Positions 52,580 to 64,000 of a DNA stretch of 64,000 bases are shown here, piece after piece; the stretch's first letter is position 1; each line of letters begins with the position of its first letter. The DNA is from Octopus vulgaris (lineage: Eukaryota): NCBI GenBank assembly GCA_951406725.2, contig OX597841.1, forward strand, positions 1,302,001-1,366,000, read 5' to 3'. The position numbers were made by a program, and so were the translations under genes. The notes under the pieces are model-generated. The model was not told the origin of the DNA and made no database searches. It saw only the letters and a program-made list of their open reading frames with translations.

Positions 52580-53211
52580 CCCTGTTGATTAAGAACAGAA
52601 GCTGACTAGATGAGATGCCATTTTTTTTTTTTGTAGCAAGGAGGAACACTACGGATGCCATCTTCCTAGTTAAAAAACGGCAGGAGAAGTATTTAGCAAA
52701 ATGTAAGCTGCTGTATTTGGCAGTCATTGACCTGGAGACAGCCTGCAACAGATCCCCCTTTGCTATGTTATCTGATTGGCTCAAAGGCCGTTATGAGTAG
52801 ACAAACGGATTTTTAGAGCTGTGCAAACCGGTTTTAAGGTGCTATCAGTAGAGTACTCTGAGTAATTTATTGTATGATTAGGAGTTCACCAGGGTTCAGT
52901 TCTCAGTCCTTCTCTTAATCAAAGAGGTCCTCCAAGCTGTCATGTTTACGCATATACACGCCTGTATATGTATATACATATACACATGTATGTATGAATG
53001 TTTATGTATTCAGATGTAATATATATGCATATATATATCATATATCATATATATATATATATAAATATATATATAGATAAATATATATATATCTACATAT
53101 ATATATAAATGGCGGTGCCCCAGCATGGCCACAGCTCGTGAGCTGAAACTAGAATCAATCAATCAATCATATATACACACATATATATGTATATATATAC
53201 ACACATATATC

Positions 53212-53264
<53 letters not shown>

Positions 53265-54052
53265 CAATATGTGTATATGTATGCATGTAATGTATATATA
53301 TATATATATATATATATGTATTTATACATAAACTAGGTCATGAGTAGTTAGTTATGAGTAGACAAACGGATTTTTAGAGCTGTGCAAACAGGTGTAAGGG
53401 TGCTATCAGTAGAGTGTGAGGAAGCCATGAGTACTCTGAGTAATTTATTATGTGATTAGGAGTTCACCAGGGCTCAGTTCTCAGTCCTTCTCTTAATCAA
53501 CACAGGAATTTAGGACCGGCTGCCTGTGGGAACTGTTATATGCTGGTGACTTTGTTCTTATATTGAAATCTGTAGCAGAATCAGAAAAGGAATTCCAGGT
53601 ATGGAAGCAAAATCTGGAATCAAAGGGCCTTAAAGTTAACCAAGTGAAGGCCAAAGTTACTGTTAGCAAGAAAGCAAATAAGTATCTCTTTCTGTCAAGG
53701 TAATAACCTTGTTCAATATGAAAGAAAGGTGTTGGAAGAAATTCCTTTTGCAAGCTATGGATACATGAGAGGTGCAGTGATATCACAGGTGGGTTATCAA
53801 AGAAAGATGCACAGGTGCAATAAGCACTAAGGACACATGAGAAATAAATTTTCTTAAATGCCTAGGAGGCTGTGCATAATTTCTGTTACCTAGGCGATGA
53901 AATTAGCAGTGAAGAGGATATTCGGAAAGTATAGTTGCTAGAATAAGAATAGAATGGAGAAATTTCAAAGAGCTATTACCTCTGTTGGCAACAAATAGCC
54001 AGGTGAAATAGTCAGGTGAAAGGCAGATTGGAAGCTTGTGCGCAAGGCTATG
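52580..54052 (+). pseudogene. Decayed, interrupted RTE reverse transcriptase fragment
   Basis: RNTTDAIFLV..QEKYLAK, GVHQGSVLSP, CLWELLYAGD, SKGLKVN, FCYLGD, WRNFKELLPLL, with stops, frameshifts and an insertion at about 52940-53345. Confidence 0.85.
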
Positions 54053-54055
54053 CGT

Positions 54056-54310
54056 AGGGCTGGATTAAGTCCCATCAAGGCCCTAAGCACTTTAAAGATT
54101 TTGGTGCCCCATAAAAGATTATGTAATTCAAAATATAAACAACAATAAACCATAGAAGAAATTTTTAATTTTCAAAACGTAACGAAATAAGAGGGAAAAT
54201 AATGTTTATTTTTGTATATTTCCATTTTATTTTTATTTGAAAAGTTTCCTCCAACTTTTTTGAATTGCAAAATCTTTGATTAGATCCTCAAAATTAATCT
54301 TAGGTAACAC
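54056..54310 (-). mobile_element. hAT element 3' end with transposase C-terminal relic
   Basis: Terminus tagggctggattaag..ggccctaagcac; minus-strand peptide INFEDLIKDFAIQKSWRKLF resembles hAT transposase C-termini. Confidence 0.55.
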
Positions 54311-55110
54311 ATCTGAATCTATGATTGTACCCACATGTGACTTTGATGACTCGTTGTATACACAGCTTGCCATTTGTGATTGTACACATAAACCAGAATA
54401 CAAATCCGTGTTCACTTTAATAAGTACACATTTGTCCTTAAATTATGTTTATACATGTAACCCTATACCCGACCCGACCTTGTGCTTTCACTATTTAAGT
54501 ACCTGATTCTCTTGAGTCCTAGAAACTCCATATCATCATCATCATCATCTTCGTTTAGTGTCCGCTTTCCATGCTAGCATGGGTTGGACGGTTCAACTGG
54601 GGGTCTGGGAAGCCAGAAGGCTACACCAGGCCCAGTCTGATCTGGCAGTGTTTCTACGGCTGGATGCCCTTCCTAATGCCAACCACTCCGAGAGTGTAGT
54701 GGGTGCTTTTTACGTGCCACCGGCAAAGGGTGCCAGACGAGGCTGGCAAACGGCCATGATCGGATGGTGCTTTTTATGTGCCACCGGCACGGGGGCCAGG
54801 TGAGGCTGGCAACGGCCACAATCGGATGGTGGCGGTGCTGGCAACGGCCACGTTCGGATGGTTCTCTTATGTACCACTGGCACTGGTATCACAGCTGCAT
54901 ATATACATGTTAAACCATTAATCCATTCTCGTTCTGTTTTTTTCCCCCTCAATCCCTTCTGTCAACATCGAATCAGCACTGCCAAATTAGCAGCGCTGAA
55001 ACAGCTGTGCCGAAACGTCTCAAACTCCAATAGGAAGACAGCAAACTAAAACTGAACTTTATTCGTGCTTGCCTCTCTTCTCACTGTGTGTTTCGTTTTT
55101 CTTTTTGCAG

Positions 55111-55169
55111 GGATTTAAAAATGGAAAATATTATGTTGGACGAGAAGAAAAAGAACATCAAAATTGTTG
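55111..55169 (+). CDS. Next exon of the same kinase: catalytic loop up to the D of DFG
   Basis: tttcgtttttctttttgcAG acceptor and GTAAGT donor at 55170. 59 nt: G completes CG+G=Arg, then DLKMENIMLDEKKKNIKIV plus the first base of Asp. Phase matches the 20129-20295 exon. Too short to appear in the ORF track. Confidence 0.93.
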
Positions 55170-55548
55170 GTAAGTACAAGAATATATTTCACCTTCCACG
55201 CACTTTTATATCCCAGGAACTACTGTTGTTATCGTTTATATTTGTGTAGTTATTATCTTCAGTAAATGCTTCTCAAATGTCAAAGACAAGTTGTTGATAA
55301 AAAAAAACAATCATTTTACAGACAATTAACCTTATCATTAGAGGTGAAGGTTTTTTCTTTTCTTTCTCGTATTTACATCTATATTACAAGGTGTAGGTAT
55401 GGCTTCGTCGTTAAGAAGCTTGTTTTCCAACTGTTTTGTTTTTGGTTCAGTTTCACTGTGCAGCACCTTATGTAAGTGTCTTCACCTATAGCTCTGGGTT
55501 GACCAAAGCCTTGTGAATGGATTTGGCAGATGAAAACTGAAAGAAGAT

Positions 55549-55584
<36 letters not shown>

Positions 55585-56064
55585 TATATTAATTAGCACC
55601 CTTGATTTGCTCTTCACTCAAGGTATGTGCTGTCACCTAGTGGCCATATCTCGAACTATTGCTTTGTTGCGAGTTCACTGTTGCGCAGAACGATGACGTA
55701 ACTTTGTTTGCAGAGCAGTTTGAGAGTCTACAGCCTTATGATGTTGACATAGCAGTGCAACAACTTGGAGTGCGGATGCAGACAAATCTTCCTTTGTTTA
55801 ATAGATATAGGTAGCGCCTCGCAAGGACCGAAATCACACCATACTAAGTTTTCTCATCGCGTAAGACGTTTTGAACAGCTCATAGGTTAATTGATTTAAC
55901 CTATTTAATGTAGAAATTTGAGAAGTGCTAATTAATTTCTGACGCAAGTGTATATATATATATATATATAAAGTTAATCCAAACAAGAAAGCACAAGAAA
56001 AAACACAACAACGCGAGGACGTGGAACAAATATAGTATTATTGGACGCTCAGGAAAGAAGGAGG

Positions 56065-56099
56065 GTTTAACATTTCAAGCGGAGCTCTTCGTCGGAAAC
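56065..56099 (-). ncRNA. Minimal hammerhead motif, CpG-decayed paralogue of 48756-48791
   Basis: Minus strand reads gttt-CCGACGA-a-GAGCtccGCTt-GAAA-tG-TT-aaac; flanks 55970-56175 align with 48652-48870. Confidence 0.55.
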
Positions 56100-56187
56100 A
56101 TAAGAGAAGGAAAGATCCAGAGAAGGGAAGACAGAGGAAAAAAAAAATCACCAACGGTACACACAAGGTCACATTTTTTGTATATAT

Positions 56188-56225
<38 letters not shown>

Positions 56226-58452
56226 TAAAAAGTGACAACAAAAGAATAAGACCTCGATATTTAGTAAAAAAATGTTAAGACATATGGAAAGCTTGTGCAG
56301 GAACAAAGTAAAAATACCGATTCTATCCGTGATCTTGAGCTGCCCAAAACTGTAACAGGTATTTTGTCAAATGTAGACATGAGTCAAAAAGTTCAGCTCT
56401 TGAATTTAGACATGAAGCGGGGTCCAAGGAATTTTTCCAGATAAGCCACCTTTCCATATCACAAAGACCGCACTTGCTACTACTGTTGGTATAAGGTTTA
56501 CACTTGGCTAAGATCTTCCAGTAAATCCTATAATTGACCCCTTGTTCTTTTAAGAACCATATATGAGTGGATAATTTGGCAGTTTTTCGTTTATCCCCTC
56601 ATAAAATTAATGTGCATGTGGCTGAGCACTCCACAGACACATGTACTCTTAATGTAGTTCTCGGGGAGATTCAGTGTGACACAGAAATGTGACAAGTCTG
56701 GCCCTTTGAAATACACCAACAACTCATTTTTGCCAGCTGAGTTGGTAAACTTATTCTGTCACCCTACTCATCATTCTCATCTGCTGGTTGGGGGCCTTTT
56801 TAGCTGAGTCTAATCTGCTGCAAGCTGGGTCCCCAAGTAAAGAACATCTTCCTTCCGACCGTTCTCAGATGCCATGGAAAGGGCCATCGCTTCTGCCCTT
56901 CCTTACTATGCTTAAAGGTCGAGGCATGTGGCTTTGTGGTTTGGGTTTTAGACTCATCATCATCATCGTTTAACATCCATTTTCCATGCTAGCATGGGTT
57001 GGATGGTTCGACCGGGGATCTGGGAAGCCAGAAGGCTGCACCAGGCTCCGGTCTGATCTGCCAGTGTTTCTACAGCTGGATGCCCTTCCTAACGCCAACC
57101 ACTCCATGAGTGTAGTGGATGCTTTTTACGTGCCACCTGCACAGGTGCCAGGCGAGGCTGGCAACAGCCACGATCGGATTGGTGCATTTTACGTGACACA
57201 GGCACGGAAGCAAGTCGAGGCGGCGCTGACATCGGCCATTATTCGGATAGCGCTTTTTACGTACCACCAGCACGGAAGCCAGTCTAGGCAGCGCTGGCAT
57301 GATCATAAGATTGTGGTTTCAATTCCTGGACTGGGCGGTGTGTTGTATTCTTGAGCAAAACACTTAATTCCACATCACCCCTGTCCATTCAGTTGGCAAA
57401 ATGCATAATCCTGCAATGGATTGGCATCCAGATGGCCTTGCTTTTTGCTTTTTGAGCTAAGAAATTAACTAACTATGCCACAGAACTGGGAAACCAGCCC
57501 CTATGATCCGATATAACTCAAGAAGATAACTTTACCTTTACTATTATTAAATGCATTTATATAACATCCTATCATTTATTCAGAAAGTTGATCTATCCAA
57601 TGTGTCCCTCCTTGTTGTTGTTTAGCCACCATTTCAACGTTGATCTAACAAATCCATGAAGCAGGATCTTCTAACTTACCAAAGGATGGGATCATCATGG
57701 CTAGATTGTCTTTGATCACGAATTGGTTAGATTGAACTGACCTGGGTCTAAACACTAACACAAACATGTGTAATCGTATACACACGTTTGCACATAAGCA
57801 TATACTCTCTTTACTCTTTTACTTGTTTCAGTCATTTGACTGCGGCCATGCTGGAGCACCGCCTTTAGTCGAGCAAATCGACCCCGGGACTTATTCTTTG
57901 TAAGCCCAGTACTTATTCTATCGGTCTCTTCTTGCCGAACTGCTAAGTAACGGGGACGTAAACACACCAGCATCGGTTGTCAAGCAATGCTAGGGGTACA
58001 AACACAGACACACAAACATATACACACACATACATGTACATATATATACATATATACGACAGGCTTCTTACAGTTTCCGTCTACCAAATCCACTCACAAG
58101 GCATTGGTCGGCCCGAGGTTATAGCAGAAGACACTTGCCCAAGATGCCACGCAGTGGGACTGAACCCGGAACCATGCAGTCACTATCACCACCGCCACCA
58201 TGATGACTATCACTCTGATTGACTCCTAAATGCATACACAGGTACACACACACGCACGCACACACACACTGGCAACAAACACACACACAAAGAAGCAAGC
58301 ATATGCATATTCACACATAAACACAAATAAATTCACACATTTGCACACACACACACACATACACACAAACTGTTATCAACACACACATGCAAGCATATGA
58401 ACATGCACACGTACTCGCACACACACACAAACACTATCATATACAGACACCA

Positions 58453-58483
<31 letters not shown>

Positions 58484-58862
58484 AATACAAACACATTCAC
58501 ACACATTCGCACACACACACACACACTAGCACCGATACACATACACAAGTCTGAGCATTCACATATACACACACAGACACACACACACATGAACACTAAA
58601 ACACACATCCAATTATACTCACACACAGACAATCTCATGCACACACACACATGCACAAATACACATACACACGAACAAGCACAAATGCATGCAGACACAC
58701 ACACATATACATTCACATACACACACAGATACACACACAGATACACGTACTCGCATACATACGCACACACACACATCTATTTGCGTAGATACACACATCT
58801 ACTCACGTACACACACACACACAAATTTACTCATGTACATTGAGACACATATCTGACCACAT

Positions 58863-58900
<38 letters not shown>

Positions 58901-58972
58901 TACTCTCATACATACATAAACACATACACAAAATTCTACTGGCATACATACACACACACATTTACTCACGTG

Positions 58973-59010
<38 letters not shown>

Positions 59011-59149
59011 AAATTCTTCTCATGTACAAACACACATATGCATTTACTCATATACATACACACACACATTTACTCACGTGTATATACACACACACACATA
59101 CAAAATTCTTCTCATGTATATACACACACATGCATTTACTCACATATAT

Positions 59150-59180
<31 letters not shown>

Positions 59181-60005
59181 TATTTGCTCACATACACATA
59201 CACCCACACATTTACTCACATACATACACACACACACATATTTGCTCACATACACATACATGCGCACACATCTATTCGCATACATACACACACTAACATC
59301 TTCTTGCATGCATACATACACATACATACGGACACACGCACTTACTCGTGTACACAGACACCCACACAACAACAACAACACACACATTCTGGCACCACTC
59401 ATCACAAACTATACTACCACCACCACCACCACCACTACCAACAACAACAACTACTGCAACAACAACAACTCCACCACCACCACCACCATCACCTCCACCA
59501 TCACCACCACTATTACCACCATCACCACCATTACCACCACCACCACCACCATCACCACTGCCTGCACTACCACCTGTGCCAGCAGCCACTGCAAAAAAAA
59601 AGAAATCACCTTCCCTTCACACAAACCGACAGCCATCTATCTCCACCGACTCTTTTTATTTTCACCTCCACCACCACCACTGCCTTCAGATGCACATTTG
59701 CCTCACCCTTCCCTTCTCCAGCCTCACCATCTTCATCTAGCAAACACACACACACACACACACACACAGATATATGCATATATTTATATATGTGTGTATA
59801 TATGTGCACGTACGTACACATATGCATGCATGTCATCAATATTGCTGCTATTGATTTGACAGCTATGGCGTCTCTGGCAGGCTACGTACACCTCTAGCTA
59901 AAAACAAACAAACACACACACACACACACAGACACACATGCGCACACACACACACATATACATACACACACACTTATATGTATAAATGTGTATAAATATA
60001 CATAC

Positions 60006-60050
<45 letters not shown>

Positions 60051-60485
60051 TATTTATACACTCTTACATATACATACATGTATTCATATATGTGTGTGTG
60101 TGTGTGTATAACAACGTATAACATATAGTAAGACAAACACACACACACACACAGGCACACACACATATACATACACACACATTTATATGTATAAATGTGT
60201 ATAAATATATATACATACATATATACATACATACATACATATATATATATACACACACATATTTATACACTCTTACATATACATACATACATGTATTCAT
60301 ATGTGTGTGTGTGTGTATAACAGCATATAACACATAGTAAGACAAACACACACACAAACATGTATATATGTATGTACACAAACATACATGCATTTTGTAA
60401 CACATACACCCACATATACACACATATATATTTATACACAAACACACATACATATACATACACATACATTTATATATGTATAAAA

Positions 60486-60538
<53 letters not shown>

Positions 60539-61680
60539 TTTATATATGTATAAAAGTGTATATATATATATGTATATACACTCATACACATACATTCATG
60601 TATACATATATGTGTGTATGTGTGTGTGTATAACAACATATAACAGTAAGACAAACACATACACATATATGTGTATATATATATATACACAAACACTCAT
60701 GCATTTCGTAACACACACATACACACACACACACACTCACACATGGACACACACATATGTCATAATATGGAAATATAACATATAATAATATATACATACA
60801 TATATATATATATACACACATCGTTATTATCGTCGTCATCGTCATCATCGAGCTGCAAGATGCCAGCTACACCACGCACATGCACATGTATGCACACACA
60901 TGCACACACACACTCACACACACACACACACACATCGATCGATGTAGTTATGATACCAGAATACGCCATTCCATCATTGCAAATACCATGCCGAAAAACC
61001 CAGCATCAAGGACATGTTGAAGAGAAGCAGCCTGGGAAGGAGGAGGAGGAGGAGGAAGAGGAAGCAGGAAGATGAGGAGCAGGAGGAAGAAGGGGAGGAA
61101 GAAGAAGGAGGAGGAGGAGGAGGAGAAGAATGACAACAAAGAGGAGGATGAGGTAGGGAAGGGGGAGCGAGAAGAGGATGAGAAGAAAAAGAAGAAGTCA
61201 AAGGAAAACAAGTCAAAGAAGAGCGATGAGGAGAAGAGGAAGAAGAAGAACAAGAAGAGTGAGAAGAAGAAGGAGATTGAGGAGGAGGACGAGTGAAAGA
61301 AGAAGAAGAAGAAGAAAAAGAAGAAAAAAGAAAAAGAAGAGGAAGAAAAAGAAGAGGAAGAAGAAGAAGAGGAGGAAGAAGAACAAAGAAGAAGAATGAA
61401 GAATGAAGAAGAAGAGGAAGAAGAAGAAGAGGAAGAAGAAGAAGGAAAAGAAGAAGAAGAAGGAGAAATGATGGCTGGCACTTGGTGGCGCTGCCTACTC
61501 TCAGCTGCTTCTATGGCGGTGGTGTAAAAATATCAGTCATGTTGTTGGTGTGCGAGATGATGATGATGAGGATGGTGATGGTGGTGTCACTGTTTCTTAT
61601 CATGTCAGTTATAGTGATGGTTGTTGGTGTCATCATTGCTGTGGTGGTAGTGGTCGTCATAGCGTCTGTGACGGTAGTGG

Positions 61681-61713
<33 letters not shown>

Positions 61714-61726
61714 CGATGATAATGAC

Positions 61727-61760
<34 letters not shown>

Positions 61761-61964
61761 AGAGTGGAGGAGTGTGAAGTGGTGGTGTTGGTGGTGGTTG
61801 TGATGGAAGTTGATAGAAACGAACTATTATATTTATATAAGATGCATGCGTGTGTATACACATGTACACATGCACATATACTCGAAGGCAATCGGCACAC
61901 TCACACACATGCACTTATATACGCATACACATATACAAACATATGCATACAATTGGACAGACAC

Positions 61965-62737
61965 ACGTACATACATACATACATGCACATATATACATTT
62001 ATACATACATCCATTTATACATACATGCATACATACATACATGCATACATACATACATATATACATATAGATATACACACATGCATACATACATACATGC
62101 ATACATACATACATATATACATACATGCATACATACATACATACATACATACATACATACATACATGCATGCATACAATCATACATACATACATACATAC
62201 ATACATACATACATACATACATGCATACATACATACATGCATGCATACATACATACATACATACATACATACATACATACATACATACATACATACATGC
62301 ATACATACATACATACATGCATACATACATACATGCATACATACATACATACATACATACATACATACATACATACATACATACATACATACATACATAC
62401 ATACATACATGCATACATACATACATACATACATACATACATACATACATACATACATACATACATACATACATACATACATACATACATACATACATAC
62501 ATACATACATACATACATACATACATACATGCATATACATACATACATACATACATACATACATACATACATACATACATACATACATACATACATACAT
62601 ACATACATACATACATACATACATACATACATACATACATACATTCATACATACATACATACATACATACATACATACATACATACATACATACATACAT
62701 ACATACATACATACATACATACATGCATACATACATA
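61965..62737. repeat. (CATA)n tetranucleotide array, ~770 bp
   Basis: Directly visible. Confidence 0.97.
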
Positions 62738-62771
62738 GAGGTGCAAACATACAAAGTGCGCTCAAATACAC

Positions 62772-62805
<34 letters not shown>

Positions 62806-63053
62806 GCCTAGTGGTTAAGGAGTGGTACTCACAATTGCTAGATAGCTGGTTCAGTTCCCAGATCGGGTCGCACATTGTGTTCTTGAGCAAAACATTTCAT
62901 TTTACATTGCTCCAGGCCACGCAGCTGTAAATGGGCCGACCCTACAATGGACTGGTTTTCTGATAAGGGTGAATGTTGGCTAAAACGATGCAAAATGCAT
63001 TGTGACCAATGAGGTATAACAACATATGATAGTCTGCTCAATCACACAATTAC

Positions 63054-63094
<41 letters not shown>

Positions 63095-63099
63095 TCAAT

Positions 63100-64000
63100 C
63101 ATCATCATCATCATCGTTTAACGTCCGTTTTCCATGCTGGCATGGGTTGGACGGTTCAACCGGTGTCTGGGAAGCCAGAAGGCTGCACCAGGCTCCAGTC
63201 TGATCTGGCAGTGTTTCTACAGCTGGATGCCCTTCCTAATGCCAACCACTTCGTGAGTGTAGTGGGTGCTTTTTACGTGCTACCGGCACAGGGGCCAAGG
63301 GTGGCTGGCAAACGGCCACAATCAGTTGGTGCTTTTACGTGTCACCGACACGCATGCCAGTCAGGTTGCACTGGCATCTGCCACGTTCGGACGGTGCTTT
63401 TAACATGTCACCGGCACAGTTATCTTAACTACAATTTCCATTTGATTTTCATTTTGATTTTGGTGTTAACATACTTGACTCAATAAGTCTCCTCAAGAAC
63501 AGCGGGTCACTCTACGATCCAAGGTTAGCACAGCAGGCCGTCCCATGAGCCATAAACTCACTTCATTTGTCTGGTAGTGATTCTGCTATGACGGCCAGGT
63601 CATCAGCATAGAGGAGCTCCCAGGGGCAACCCATCTTGAATCCCTCTGTTATTTCCTGGAGGACTATGATGAATAGAAGGGGACTAAGGGCTGAACCTTG
63701 GTGGACCCCTACTTCTATCCGGAATTCTTTACTATACTTGTTGCCAAGCCTAACCTTACTAACGGCCTCTCTGTATAGGGCCTGTACAGCCCTTATCAAC
63801 CATTTGTCAATCTCCAGTTTCCGCATTGCCCACCAGATAAGGGATTGGGAGACCCTGTCAAAGGCTTTTGCCAAGTCTACAAAAGCAAAGTATAGGGGTT
63901 TATCTTTAGCTAGGTATTTCTCATGCAGTTGTTGAACCAGGAATATGGCATCAGTGGTGCTTCTACCCGGCACAAAACCGAACTGCATCTCATCTATGCA
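63100..64000 (-). mobile_element. RTE-clade LINE: RT fragment fused to ORF2 end, 3' UTR and (GAT)n tail; runs off the window
   Basis: ORF 63563-63988 has QFGFVPGRSTTDAIF..FVDLAKAFDRV..GVHQGSALSPLLF..LLYADDL, followed by the 3' UTR family seen across the window. Confidence 0.93.

Noticed and set aside
54990-55030. ctgaaacagctgtgccgaaacgtc motif upstream of the second kinase exon
   Set aside because: GAAACGTC is present but there is no CUGANGA core or stem I.
55850-55950. Possible hammerhead half (minus ttcaaaacgtc) with an adjacent hairpin
   Set aside because: The 5' core is missing.
61020-61470. Glu/Lys-rich ORFs
   Set aside because: (GAA/GAG)n repeat with in-frame stops and no splice support.

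Overview
Repeat-saturated, AT-rich animal genomic DNA. The SINE, LINE and microsatellite make-up suggests an octopus or other coleoid cephalopod (inference, not searched). The only host coding sequence I can support is two + strand exons of an AMPK-related (HUNK/MARK-like) Ser/Thr kinase, 20129-20295 and 55111-55169. They splice in frame across a 34,815-bp intron to rebuild the HRDLKxEN catalytic loop. The rest is (TA)n/(CA)n/(CAT)n/(CATA)n/(GATA)n microsatellite, at least three tRNA-SINE families, RTE, CR1 and R4/Dong-type LINE fragments, Tc1/mariner, hAT and pogo relics and non-autonomous Helitrons. Nearly all ORFs in the supplied track are microsatellite artefacts. Most notable: (1) seven type I hammerhead-ribozyme motifs, most with palindromic stem III, in short mostly (TA)n-flanked Penelope-like elements, plus fold-back hairpins from some of the same families; (2) one SINE copy with about 17 clustered A-to-G changes in ADAR-like context, a candidate hyper-edited RNA written back into the genome; (3) a SINE trimer under a single target-site duplication; (4) RTE elements with a minisatellite 3' UTR and a Cys/His finger inside the RT domain. 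Alignments and folds were done by eye, so repeat boundaries are approximate.
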